64,000 nt of DNA from Candidatus Gastranaerophilales bacterium. GTDB taxonomy: Bacteria > Cyanobacteriota > Vampirovibrionia > Gastranaerophilales > Gastranaerophilaceae. The notes beneath the pieces are model-generated. The model was not told the origin of the DNA. It made no database searches and saw only the letters and a program-made list of their open reading frames with translations. Positions 8,861 to 17,653 of this stretch are shown here, piece after piece. Made by a program: the position numbers and the translations under genes. The stretch's first letter is position 1, and each line of letters begins with the position of its first letter. The stretch lies in assembly GCA_944322785.1 (NCBI GenBank), contig CALUPW010000009.1, positions 18,497 to 82,496 of the forward strand. Direction: 5' to 3'.

Positions 8861-9227
8861 ACGGGTTTGTTTTTTCAAAAATCTTGTTAATCGGATTATC
8901 GTAAAATTTTTCTTTTACTTTATCGGCTTCTTTACAGCATTTTTCAATAAATTTAACGGGGCTACCGAATATATCATTTAAAAAACTGTCTGTATGCGAT
9001 TTGTAGTAATACTTTCCGTCCAAAATTGTTCCGGTTAAAAGTTTATTGTTAAGTGTGCTTATTGACACATTCACAGGATTATCAGCTTGAGAAGCAGCCA
9101 ATTGAGATAATTTTTCAATCTCTTTGTTTGTGTGTATTCTGGTTCTTAAAAAATTATGAGCTTGCATGTGAATTTTGAGGCTCATTCCGAAGTTTGTGCG
9201 GTTTTGAGTATTAAAATTTATTTGCAT
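8859..9227 (-). CDS. Hypothetical protein (122 aa), probable paralog of 40962..41366
   Basis: N-terminus MQINFNTQNRTNFGMSLKI resembles MQIKNTNLTYTPNFGAKFLK of 40962..41366. SD GAGGAAAA upstream. Confidence 0.55.
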   Translation of the reverse strand: MQINFNTQNRTNFGMSLKIHMQAHNFLRTRIHTNKEIEKLSQLAASQADNPVNVSISTLNNKLLTGTILDGKYYYKSHTDSFLNDIFGSPVKFIEKCCKEADKVKEKFYDNPINKIFEKTNP

Positions 9228-9353
9228 AGTTTTTTCCTCTGTTTTAATTTATAAACTTATAAAATTATTTTTTGCTATTTAATTTTAACAATTTTACAAT
9301 TTTTAATTTTTAGGGCATAATATTTTAGTAAACAGCTTTTAGTAAGGATTAGG

Positions 9354-11639
9354 ATGTACGGATTTCCCTTTGAACTGGATGAATTTCAAAAAGATGCCTG
9401 TAATTTTATTGATGATGGCAAAAGTGTGGTTGTCTGTGCGCCTACAGGTGCCGGCAAGACGGTTATTGCAGAACATGCAATCCATCGTGCTTTAGAAACC
9501 GATACAAGAGTATTTTATACAACTCCATTAAAGGCTCTTTCCAATCAAAAGTATTATGATTTTTCAAACAAGTTCGGGCAGGACAAAGTCGGGCTTTTGA
9601 CAGGTGACACTTCAATAAATCGAAACGCACAGATTGTTGTTATGACAACGGAAGTTTTCCGAAATATGCTTTACGGAACAAATTTCGGTGCCGTTGCGGA
9701 TAATATGAAAGATGTTCGTTATGTTGTACTTGATGAAGTTCATTATATGAACGATGAACAGCGAGGTACGGTTTGGGAAGAGAGTATAATCTATTGTCCT
9801 ACCAATGTTCAGATAATTGCGCTTTCCGCAACTGTTGCAAACGCAGATGAACTTACTGACTGGATTAATACGGTTCATTCGAAAACAGAACTTGTAAATA
9901 CGGATTTCCGTCCTGTGCCTCTAAAATTCTTCTACTTTGACAGTTCACAGCCTTACAAACTTCTTCCGCTATTAACACCGTCTGGCGCTTTAAACAACAA
10001 AATCAAACCGGAAAAACGAAAATTTGCGCATGGAAAGTTAAAACAAAAAACTTATGTAAAAGAAGTTGTGAGAAATTTAGAGCAAAATGATATGCTTCCT
10101 GCAATTTATTTTACATTTTCACGTCGCAAATGTGATGAACAGATGGAAAAATGTGCTGGACTCGAACTTGTAACACCTAGTGAGCGAGCACAAATCAGGC
10201 AGTTTATAGACGAATATATAGCAGAAAACCCGTACCTTTATAACAACAAACATATTGAATATCTGCTTTGCGGAGTTGCCTCGCATCATGCAGGACTTTT
10301 ACCTTCATGGAAATTACTTGTGGAAAAACTTTTTCAAAAAGGACTTATAAAAGTTGTTTTTGCAACAGAAACTCTTGCTGCAGGAATCAACATGCCGGCA
10401 CGTTCAACTGTTATCAGTTCAACAAGTAAGCGTACAGACAGCGGACACAGAATGCTTACGGCAAGTGAATTTTTGCAGATGTCAGGACGGGCTGGACGCC
10501 GTGGAATGGATGAAGTTGGTTATGTAACAATTGTCGGAACCCCTTTTCAATCGCCCGAGGAAGTTGCAGAGCTTGTTTTAAGTGATGCAAATCCTCTGGA
10601 AAGTCGTTTTTCTCCAAGTTATTCAATGGTTCTTAATCTTCTTCAGAGATTCAGTCTTGATGAGGCTAAAGAGCTTATTTTGAAAAGTTTCGGATATTTT
10701 TCAACTGGCACCCGCCTCCATCCTATTTTAAAACAAATTGAGATGAATAATCAGGAAATTGCACAAAGAGAATTTGTCTGTCCTTTTAAACTTTCGGATA
10801 AAGAACTTTTTGAATATGACAAACTCCGTCATATTTATGTTCAGAACCGCCAGACATATAAGAAAATCTGTAAACAGGAAAAATCAAAAAACAGACCGCT
10901 TTCTCCCGAAGCTGTTCAATTTGGACGTGAAACAAAGGCTATGCTTGCGAAAATGCATGATTTTCATTGTGACACCTGCAAACTCTACAAAAAACACTCA
11001 AAAAATATTGAAGTTATAGAACGCTTGAATATCAGACAAAAAAAACTTGAAAAAGAAGTTGAAAAACAGCGTGATATTTTCTGGAACAAGTTTCTTGCAC
11101 ATAGAAGCGTGCTGATTGATTTCGGTTACTTAGAGAACGATTATCCGACACCGAAAGGTATTACAACCTCTCAAATCCGTTCGGAAAATGAACTTTATAT
11201 TGCAGAAATTATATTTTCGGGAATTCTGGAAAATCTTACGCCGTCGCAGCTTGCCGGTGTTATTTGTGCAATAACAACCGAGGATTTAAGACTTGAAATT
11301 CCGTATATTCCTTTTTCAGAACAGGTCAGAAAAATTTTAAATCAAATAAGAAATATCCGCCGCAAAATCGAAAAAATTCAAAATAATTATGATGTAGAAG
11401 CACCTTTGTATATTAATCCCTATTTTTCATCAATAATTGAGTTATGGGTTGAAGGTGCCGAGTGGGAAACCGTTTCACAACAAATTGATATTGGTGAAGG
11501 AGATCTGGTGCGCTCATTTAAACGGGTAGTTGATGTCTTAAGACAGTTTACGACAATAGAGAATGTTCCGGAATCTCTTGTATTTACCGCAAGGGAAGCA
11601 ATTGATAAAATTCAAAGAGAACCTGTTGATCTGGATTAA
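9354..11639 (+). CDS. Ski2/HelY-like superfamily-2 DEVH-box RNA helicase
   Basis: Motif I APTGAGKT, motif II LDEVHYM, motif III SAT, motif VI QMSGRAGRRGMD. Long C-terminal arch/DSHCT-like region. 761 aa. Confidence 0.8.
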   Translation: MYGFPFELDEFQKDACNFIDDGKSVVVCAPTGAGKTVIAEHAIHRALETDTRVFYTTPLKALSNQKYYDFSNKFGQDKVGLLTGDTSINRNAQIVVMTTEVFRNMLYGTNFGAVADNMKDVRYVVLDEVHYMNDEQRGTVWEESIIYCPTNVQIIALSATVANADELTDWINTVHSKTELVNTDFRPVPLKFFYFDSSQPYKLLPLLTPSGALNNKIKPEKRKFAHGKLKQKTYVKEVVRNLEQNDMLPAIYFTFSRRKCDEQMEKCAGLELVTPSERAQIRQFIDEYIAENPYLYNNKHIEYLLCGVASHHAGLLPSWKLLVEKLFQKGLIKVVFATETLAAGINMPARSTVISSTSKRTDSGHRMLTASEFLQMSGRAGRRGMDEVGYVTIVGTPFQSPEEVAELVLSDANPLESRFSPSYSMVLNLLQRFSLDEAKELILKSFGYFSTGTRLHPILKQIEMNNQEIAQREFVCPFKLSDKELFEYDKLRHIYVQNRQTYKKICKQEKSKNRPLSPEAVQFGRETKAMLAKMHDFHCDTCKLYKKHSKNIEVIERLNIRQKKLEKEVEKQRDIFWNKFLAHRSVLIDFGYLENDYPTPKGITTSQIRSENELYIAEIIFSGILENLTPSQLAGVICAITTEDLRLEIPYIPFSEQVRKILNQIRNIRRKIEKIQNNYDVEAPLYINPYFSSIIELWVEGAEWETVSQQIDIGEGDLVRSFKRVVDVLRQFTTIENVPESLVFTAREAIDKIQREPVDLD

Positions 11640-11649
11640 GGAGAATAAA

Positions 11650-12216
11650 GTGGAAGATAATGAAAATATAGAAAATCAATCTGATGTAATCGTTCAAAAA
11701 TTAAATCCTATTTTAAAAGAAGGATACAGTCAAAAGAGCAGCAATTTATGTTTTGCAACAACTTCAGTGTGGAAAATCTTGTTTTTATCTGTTTTATCCT
11801 TTGGTGTCTATGAGATAATTTATTTTTTCACTTTGTGGAAACGCCTGAATGATAATTTCGGATATCAAGTCCGCCCCGTGGCACGTGGATTTTTTGCAGT
11901 TATTACGAATTTCTGGCTCTTTGGAATTCTTGAAAAATATTTTAAAGCTTTTGATGAAAAAGCTTTTTGCGGAATATTTATTGCGTTTTTATATTTTTTA
12001 ATTAACTTTACCTCAAAACTGCCTGATTATTATTGGCTGATTACATTTGGAACAGTATTGATACCTGTATATATTCAAATAAAAATAAATAAAATCAACA
12101 AAAATAATTTTCCGGATGCCCCGCATAATTGCTGGTCAGTTGCAAATACAATCTGGACACTTGTTTTGACTGTTTTCTTTTTGCTTGCAATACTCGGTTT
12201 AATATCTGAAAGCTAA
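11650..12216 (+). CDS. Integral membrane protein, unknown function
   Basis: ORF-track start 11563 overlaps the helicase. GTG at 11650 follows GGAGAATAAA. Four or more hydrophobic helices (e.g. VWKILFLSVLSFGVYEIIYFF). Confidence 0.55.
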   Translation: MEDNENIENQSDVIVQKLNPILKEGYSQKSSNLCFATTSVWKILFLSVLSFGVYEIIYFFTLWKRLNDNFGYQVRPVARGFFAVITNFWLFGILEKYFKAFDEKAFCGIFIAFLYFLINFTSKLPDYYWLITFGTVLIPVYIQIKINKINKNNFPDAPHNCWSVANTIWTLVLTVFFLLAILGLISES

Positions 12217-12284
12217 AATAAATAAGTGTAAAGTTGCCTCTATTTAGTTTTGTAAAAACTTTGTTGCTTTTGCAACACAATATA

Positions 12285-12313
12285 TTGAGAAAAGTGTAAA
12301 TTTATGTTACAAT
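12285..12313 (+). promoter_or_regulatory. Promoter TTGAGA-N17-TACAAT
   Basis: TTGAGA at 12285-12290 and TACAAT at 12308-12313. Predicts a ~115-nt 5' leader for 12436..13809. Confidence 0.55.
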
Positions 12314-12319
12314 AGTAGT

Positions 12320-12435
12320 AGAGGGGCGTTAAATGCCCTCAAAGTGGTTTTTTATACACCCCTTGATGAGTGTTATTCCCCACACCACTCTTAAATAAAA
12401 AAGGTATCCGTTACTTCAACCTGTGAGGTCGACCT
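12320..12435 (+). other. GC-enriched, potentially structured 5' leader (candidate cis-regulatory RNA)
   Basis: Local pairings gaggg/ccctc, agtggt/accact and acct/aggt, plus the palindrome aggtcgacct covering the SD GAGGT. Noticeably more G+C than neighbouring intergenic DNA. No known riboswitch recognised. Confidence 0.3.
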
Positions 12436-13809
12436 ATGGATACTATTTTGTCACGCCAAAATTCCGTTTTTTCAACATTTGCCGAAAAGGCTGTTTACCT
12501 TTTGGCTGTTGCATCCGTTGTGTGTATTCAGAATTTTATCTGGACAAATCCTATTATGGCGGATGATTTAAAAATTGCTCATCACACGCAGCCTGCTATT
12601 GAGGAGATTGGACTTAAAGAAAAAATTATGCTTGAATTTTCGCCGGAATTGAGAAAGAAAAAGTTCGACGAAAATATTAAAGAAAAATATCCGAATGCAA
12701 TTATTGCAGATGTTCAGGACGGTGTCAAACACATAAAACTTACAAAATATTACAGCGGTCGTCCGGTTAGAATAAATATTGTAGAAGTTGATTTTAAAGT
12801 TGCTTCAAATCTTGAAGTTATACCTGTTCTCTCAAATTCGGAAAAACTTAAAACCCGCCGCACGATTTCAAATATTGTAAAAGACAAAAATGCAATTGCG
12901 GCAATTAACGGGACTTATTTTACGTTTCAATCAGGGGTTCCGCTTGGCACATTGATGATAGACGGAAAAATTTATACTGGTCCGGTTTATGACAGAGTTG
13001 CAATGGGAATTTTTGACGACGGATTTGATGTTGCAAGAGTTCAGCTGAGAGCATCTCTTGAAGGAAGCGGAACAAAAGTTAAAGTCGACAACATAAATCA
13101 GCCGAGAATGCTTTCAACACATGTTCTTATATATACTCCGGAGTGGGGCAAATATTCTCCCTATGCTCCGAAGTACGGTATGGGTTTGAGGGTTGCGGAA
13201 GGCAAAATCACAAAAGCCTCCGCAAACCCGCTCGATATTCCGCAAAACGGATATGTGATTTCCGGCCCCAAAAAACTTCTTCAGCCGTTGTTAAAAGATA
13301 AAGATGTAAAACTTGATATAAAAACAACTCCTGAGTGGAAAAATGTAAAACATATTATAAGCGGCGGTCCGTATCTTGTTAAAAACGGCGAGGTTTTTGT
13401 TGATATGACAGCACAAAAGCTCGGCGCAATCGGCGGACGCAATCCCAGAACTGCAGTAGGCTATACATCTGACAACAACTTGATTTTATTGACTGCAGAC
13501 GGTCGTGAAGGAAGTTCAATAGGAATGACATTGATGGAACTTGCGAATTTTATGAAATCAATAGGATGTATCGGGGCAATCAATCTTGACGGCGGCGGAT
13601 CTACAGTTATGTATGTTGACGGTAAAGTCGTCAACAAGCCACAAACAAGAGGCGGAATACCGCTTTCCAATGCTCTTGTTATTTCGGAAAATTATCAGGG
13701 ACTTGCAAATATAGAAGAAAATAATTCATTACCGTCAGAACCTCTATCAGATGACAATTCTCAGGCAAGAAAACCAAAAACAGGCAGACTTTTTAAAAAT
13801 GACGCATAA
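12436..13809 (+). CDS. Phosphodiester glycosidase (NAGPA/DUF2233) family protein with N-terminal membrane anchor
   Basis: Blocks AAINGTYF, ISGGPYLVKNGEV, RTAVGYTSDNNLILLTADGR and AINLDGGGSTVMYVDGKVVNKP are typical of the family. Confidence 0.75.
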   Translation: MDTILSRQNSVFSTFAEKAVYLLAVASVVCIQNFIWTNPIMADDLKIAHHTQPAIEEIGLKEKIMLEFSPELRKKKFDENIKEKYPNAIIADVQDGVKHIKLTKYYSGRPVRINIVEVDFKVASNLEVIPVLSNSEKLKTRRTISNIVKDKNAIAAINGTYFTFQSGVPLGTLMIDGKIYTGPVYDRVAMGIFDDGFDVARVQLRASLEGSGTKVKVDNINQPRMLSTHVLIYTPEWGKYSPYAPKYGMGLRVAEGKITKASANPLDIPQNGYVISGPKKLLQPLLKDKDVKLDIKTTPEWKNVKHIISGGPYLVKNGEVFVDMTAQKLGAIGGRNPRTAVGYTSDNNLILLTADGREGSSIGMTLMELANFMKSIGCIGAINLDGGGSTVMYVDGKVVNKPQTRGGIPLSNALVISENYQGLANIEENNSLPSEPLSDDNSQARKPKTGRLFKNDA

Positions 13810-13877
13810 AAATTTGTAAAAATTTTCAAAATTTCATACCTATGCTCATATAAGTTACATTCTTACTCAACCAGCAC

Positions 13878-13911
13878 ATCCCCTGCGCTTCACCTCGCAG
13901 GGATTTTTTTT
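13878..13911 (+). terminator. Rho-independent terminator
   Basis: atcccctgcg / cgcagggat stem followed by T8. Confidence 0.75.
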
Positions 13912-14209
13912 AATAAATATACGGATGTTTTAATATATAGTCACCGAGATTTTTATAGTCACCGAGATTTTTGTAATCTTTTGTCATTAATTTAGCAAAA
14001 CCACTCCAGCCTTTATTACGAATAACATATATTGCAGCTATAATAATAGCAGGAATTAGAGGAATAATACTATATTTAAATATTTTATTTCTATTAGAGT
14101 TTCTTTTATTATCTGGAATCTTTTCTATAAGAATTGGAAAATTGTTTGGGTCTTTTTGTTTGCTATATCGGGGCATAATTGTTAATGCATAAACTTTGTT
14201 AACTGGCAT
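13910..14209 (-). CDS. Small membrane protein (99 aa) with internal DYKNLG duplication
   Basis: SD AAGGAAA upstream. One TM helix (IIPLIPAIIIAAIYVI). C-terminal DYKNLGDYKNLGDY is encoded by a perfect 18-bp tandem repeat. Confidence 0.5.
   Translation of the reverse strand: MPVNKVYALTIMPRYSKQKDPNNFPILIEKIPDNKRNSNRNKIFKYSIIPLIPAIIIAAIYVIRNKGWSGFAKLMTKDYKNLGDYKNLGDYILKHPYIY
13937..13972. repeat. Perfect 2 x 18-bp tandem repeat atagtcaccgagattttt
   Basis: Positions 13937-13954 and 13955-13972 are identical. The repeat is in-frame within CDS 13910..14209. Confidence 0.9.
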
Positions 14210-14271
14210 AAAAATTTCCTTTTATATTTGTATTCTATATTCATTATAAAATAATAAAAAAATAAAAATTG

Positions 14272-14685
14272 CTAGTATCTTATGTTCTGATCAATAATAT
14301 CCGATACCCACGGAATTCGGCTGTAAAGTCCTAAAAATGAAGTTATTGCAAGATAAAACAAAAGTACATAAATCGCAGTTTGTATAATGGAATATCCAAA
14401 AAATACTGGTGCATTAAAAAATAATGCGATTTGTGCGGCAAGTATGTTTATAAAAGGTATAAAACTCAAAAGATTTAATATAAATCCCAATAGCAGGCAC
14501 AACAAAACATAACCAATTGAAATGAAAATTGATTGGAATATGTGGTACTGAAGGAATTTTGTAAGCGGTGCCCTGCGGATTAAACCGATTATCAGCCATA
14601 TAAATCCCGCAAAACCCATTGTTAAATAACTCAATCCCGCAACAATGCGTTCAATCATAAAAGGTTTTCGTGTTTCATGATACAT
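14272..14685 (-). CDS. Four-helix integral membrane protein (possibly Tic20/DUF4870-like)
   Basis: 137 aa and very hydrophobic. ERIVAGLSYL..FLQYHIFQSI is reminiscent of Tic20-like proteins, but the family call is weak. Start lies 3 nt from the stop of the TPR gene. Confidence 0.55.
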   Translation of the reverse strand: MYHETRKPFMIERIVAGLSYLTMGFAGFIWLIIGLIRRAPLTKFLQYHIFQSIFISIGYVLLCLLLGFILNLLSFIPFINILAAQIALFFNAPVFFGYSIIQTAIYVLLFYLAITSFLGLYSRIPWVSDIIDQNIRY

Positions 14686-14687
14686 AT

Positions 14688-15764
14688 TTATGCGCTTTCT
14701 AATTCACCATTACGCTTTTTATCAATGTATTCATCCAACACCTGAATATAAACAAGTTTATGTTCGTCATTATCAGGTTCAATTTTGATTGCCGCACGAT
14801 AGGAAGCTATTGATTTTTCAATTTCGTTTTTAAGATAATGTGCATTTCCTAAAAGCATATAAGTTTGCGCATCGTTCGGGGAAATTCTGAGCGCTTCTTT
14901 GTACAAATCCATAGCTTCATCAAGTCTGTTAAGGTTTGTATAAAGATTTGCGAGAAGAAGATATGCATTAATTTCTTTCGGATTAGTTTGAATTGCACGT
15001 TTATACATCTCTATTGCAATATCATTTTCTTTAAACTCTGACAGAGCAATGGAATAGCAAATGTAGGCTTTGTAATTATCGCCATCCATTTTAAGAGCTT
15101 TTTCAAAGTAGTTATATGCTTTTTCACGCTCTTTCATTAAAGTAAGAGTGTTTCCGATACAAATTGCAACAATTTTGTTGTCTGGATTGAGCGCAAAAAC
15201 TTTTTTGTAAAGTTCAAGAGCCGTTTCGTAATCAAAAAGTTTGAAACAGACATTTCCCATATCAACAAGAGCAGTTATGTTTTCAGGATCAAGCGACAAT
15301 GCTTTTTCATAATAAGCTCTTGCTTCAACGTATTCCTCAAAATCCTGATAAAGCAGTGCAATTGCATTATAGATTTCAGGATTTGACGAGCACAAATCAA
15401 TTGCACGGTTGTAATAAAACAACGCTTTTGAAAAATTTTTCCATTCGGCAAAAACGTTTCCGATGTTATAGTAAATAATATAATTTTTAGGATTAATCTC
15501 CAGAGCTTTATTGTAGTATGAAAGGGATTTCCTGAAATCTCTTTCGTAAAACCACATTGTACCCATACCGATTAGAGCCTCAACATCGTTGGGCGAAATC
15601 GTCAATAAACTTTCCAAAACCGACATAACTTTGTCATAATCCTGCAATTCAAGATAGAGTTTTGAAAGTTTGTGATACAATTCAATATTCTGCGGTTCTT
15701 TAGCCATTGCTAAAATCGCATCTTCAATTTGTCTGTCCAGTTCTTTTTTCTTTATATCTTCCAT
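14688..15764 (-). CDS. Tetratricopeptide (TPR) repeat protein
   Basis: About 9 consecutive 34-aa repeats with the A..Y..AL...P consensus (e.g. YYNKALEINPKN, YYEKALSLDPEN, YKEALRISPND). Confidence 0.8.
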   Translation of the reverse strand: MEDIKKKELDRQIEDAILAMAKEPQNIELYHKLSKLYLELQDYDKVMSVLESLLTISPNDVEALIGMGTMWFYERDFRKSLSYYNKALEINPKNYIIYYNIGNVFAEWKNFSKALFYYNRAIDLCSSNPEIYNAIALLYQDFEEYVEARAYYEKALSLDPENITALVDMGNVCFKLFDYETALELYKKVFALNPDNKIVAICIGNTLTLMKEREKAYNYFEKALKMDGDNYKAYICYSIALSEFKENDIAIEMYKRAIQTNPKEINAYLLLANLYTNLNRLDEAMDLYKEALRISPNDAQTYMLLGNAHYLKNEIEKSIASYRAAIKIEPDNDEHKLVYIQVLDEYIDKKRNGELESA

Positions 15765-15815
15765 GATTATTATTTTAACCTATAAGTGTTATTTTGTAAA
15801 AATATTTAGAAATGT

Positions 15816-15843
15816 AACGGGTATGATATTCATACCCGTTTTT
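15816..15843. terminator. Hairpin downstream of rsfS
   Basis: aacgggtatga / tcatacccgtt. The T-run lies on the plus-strand side only, so function on the minus strand is uncertain. Confidence 0.45.
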
Positions 15844-15845
15844 AT

Positions 15846-16241
15846 TTATTTGTTATATTTTGAAAATTCTTTAGAATTTTCTCTCCATTCTTCTTCCGGA
15901 ATGCTGAACGCATTATTCCAAAATTTTTCAATTGCATAGGTTTCCCGCTCGTCTTTGTGAAGAATATGAACTACAACATCGCCGAAATCAAGAAGATTCC
16001 ATCTGTTTTTGCTGTCGTTTTCCACTCTTAACGGCGGTCTGTTAAGTTCTTTTTTAGTTCGTTCTTTTACGGTTTCCATCAAGGCCTTGACATGCGGCGT
16101 TGAATCCCCTGTTACTATAACAAAATAATCTGCAAGTGATGAAACATGGCTGATATTTAAAATAGAAATATTTTTACCGAGTTTATCATCAAGCATCCCT
16201 GCGATTATGCAGGCTAGTTTATGTGAATCAAATTGTTCCAA
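15846..16241 (-). CDS. rsfS: Ribosome silencing factor RsfS (iojap family)
   Basis: ADYFVIVTGDSTPHVKAL and WNLLDFGDVVVHILHKDERETYAIEKFW are typical of RsfS. Confidence 0.85.
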   Translation of the reverse strand: MEQFDSHKLACIIAGMLDDKLGKNISILNISHVSSLADYFVIVTGDSTPHVKALMETVKERTKKELNRPPLRVENDSKNRWNLLDFGDVVVHILHKDERETYAIEKFWNNAFSIPEEEWRENSKEFSKYNK

Positions 16242-16252
16242 GTTAGTCCGTC

Positions 16253-16687
16253 CTATTCAATCATATCTACACGTCGTTTGTGTCTTCCGCCTTCAAAACC
16301 TGTTTTAAGCCAGATATCTACAATATCAAGAGCAAGGTGTTCTCCGATTACACGTTCACCCAAGCAAAGCACATTTGCATTGTTGTGTGCTCTTGAAACT
16401 CTGGCTGAATATGTATCACCGCACAGTGCTGCCCTGATTCCCCGAACTTTATTTGCAGCAATTGACATACCGATGCCGGTTCCGCAAACAAGGATACCAC
16501 GGTTTGATTTGCCGGAAATAATGCGTTCACAAACAGTACGTGCAATTTCCGGATAATCACAGGCTTCACGTGTATGTGTGCCTAAATCAACGTAAGGAAT
16601 ATTTCTTGATTTTAAATATTCAATAATTTTTTCTTTATACAAGAAACCGCCGTGGTCTGAGCCGATTGCAACTTTCAAATCTTCCAT
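16253..16687 (-). CDS. rpiB: Ribose-5-phosphate isomerase B
   Basis: GSDHGG, CGTGIGMSIAANKVRGIRAA and RVSRAHNNANVLCLG. Confidence 0.9.
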   Translation of the reverse strand: MEDLKVAIGSDHGGFLYKEKIIEYLKSRNIPYVDLGTHTREACDYPEIARTVCERIISGKSNRGILVCGTGIGMSIAANKVRGIRAALCGDTYSARVSRAHNNANVLCLGERVIGEHLALDIVDIWLKTGFEGGRHKRRVDMIE

Positions 16688-16746
16688 ATAAACACCTCAT
16701 TTCCATAAAATAAGGACACAAGCCCTTAATACAAATCTATATTTTA

Positions 16747-16775
16747 ATTATAATGTTTTTTTCAATATCTTGCAA
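16747..16775 (-). promoter_or_regulatory. rpiB-rsfS promoter TTGCAA-N17-TATAAT
   Basis: Minus-strand reading TTGCAAgatattgaaaaaaacatTATAAT. Confidence 0.6.
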
Positions 16776-16813
16776 ATCTTTAAGGGGTTTATGTTACAAA
16801 TATTTTACGCATT

Positions 16814-16846
16814 AAAAAAGCCCTTATTCATTTAAGGGCTTTTTAT
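16814..16846. terminator. Bidirectional terminator hairpin
   Basis: aaaaagccctta / taagggcttttt. Confidence 0.7.
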
Positions 16847-17619
16847 GCTAATAAATCTTCATTACCTCTGTTTAAAATTTTGGACTTGTCTTCTGCTTCC
16901 TGTTTTACAGCTTCAGGTGTTGAGCCGGTTACTATTTGTTCTTCTCCATCAGGACCTTTGATTGTTGTTGCAAAAGTTCCGTCGCTTTTTATTTCAATAT
17001 TATTATCAGCACAGAATTTCTTTTGTTCCTCAACTTCAGTTTCTTTTTTCTGTTTAGCTTCTTTTATTTCTTCAACCGTTGATGCAGTAATCGTTTCTTT
17101 TTGTCCAAAAATGTCAGTTACGTTTGCAGAATATGTGTCCTCTGTTTCGTTGTAAGTTATGCCTTCCTGATACAGTTTGGACAATTCTAATAATTTTTTA
17201 TTTTCTTCAACTGCCTTTTCATAATTTGCATTAAGTTCTCTGTTTTGTTGTTCCAATTCCGCAAGCTGACTGTTTTCAGAGGTCTTGCCGGCTGCACCTG
17301 CATCAGCAGTTTCCTGCGTATTGTCGACTTTTTTGCCTGTGAATGCACTTAAGATTGCACCGCCGAGTGAAGCAATCCCGCCTAATGCAAGCATCCATTT
17401 TTCGCCTTTTGACAATTCGTTATTGTAACTTCCATAGCCATAGCCGTAGTCAAAACCGCCATACATCCCGCCGTAAATGCCACCGTACGGCATGCCTGAA
17501 AATCCCGTACCGTAATTGTTGTAAATTTTTTCGGTACGGATATTGATATTAGGCTTTTTGCCTAAATCTAATCTCCCTGCCGGGAATGTATAATGGTTTT
17601 TTCCAACCATCCATGACAT
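16843..17619 (-). CDS. Gly/Tyr-rich, single-pass glycine-zipper coiled-coil protein (paralog of 17654..18604)
   Basis: N-terminal GMPYGGIYGGMYGGFDYGYGYGSY, then GEKWMLALGGIASLGGAILSAFTG, then coiled coil. SD AAAGGAGAA. 34-nt gap to the upstream paralog. Confidence 0.75.
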   Translation of the reverse strand: MSWMVGKNHYTFPAGRLDLGKKPNINIRTEKIYNNYGTGFSGMPYGGIYGGMYGGFDYGYGYGSYNNELSKGEKWMLALGGIASLGGAILSAFTGKKVDNTQETADAGAAGKTSENSQLAELEQQNRELNANYEKAVEENKKLLELSKLYQEGITYNETEDTYSANVTDIFGQKETITASTVEEIKEAKQKKETEVEEQKKFCADNNIEIKSDGTFATTIKGPDGEEQIVTGSTPEAVKQEAEDKSKILNRGNEDLLA

Positions 17620-17653
17620 TTTTGAGTTCTCCTTTGTTTAGTGTTATATTTGA

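Noticed and set aside
11563-11649. N-terminal 29 codons of track ORF 11563..12216
   Set aside because: This part overlaps the last 77 nt of the helicase gene in another frame. GTG at 11650 follows GGAG at proper spacing.
14262-14280. 19-mer ATAAAAATTGCTAGTATCT, near-identical (17/19) to 4770..4788
   Set aside because: Both copies lie 52-70 nt upstream of a minus-strand start and contain the -35-like (T)nGCAA hexamer. This is most simply promoter similarity rather than a mobile repeat. It is folded into the promoter-family finding.
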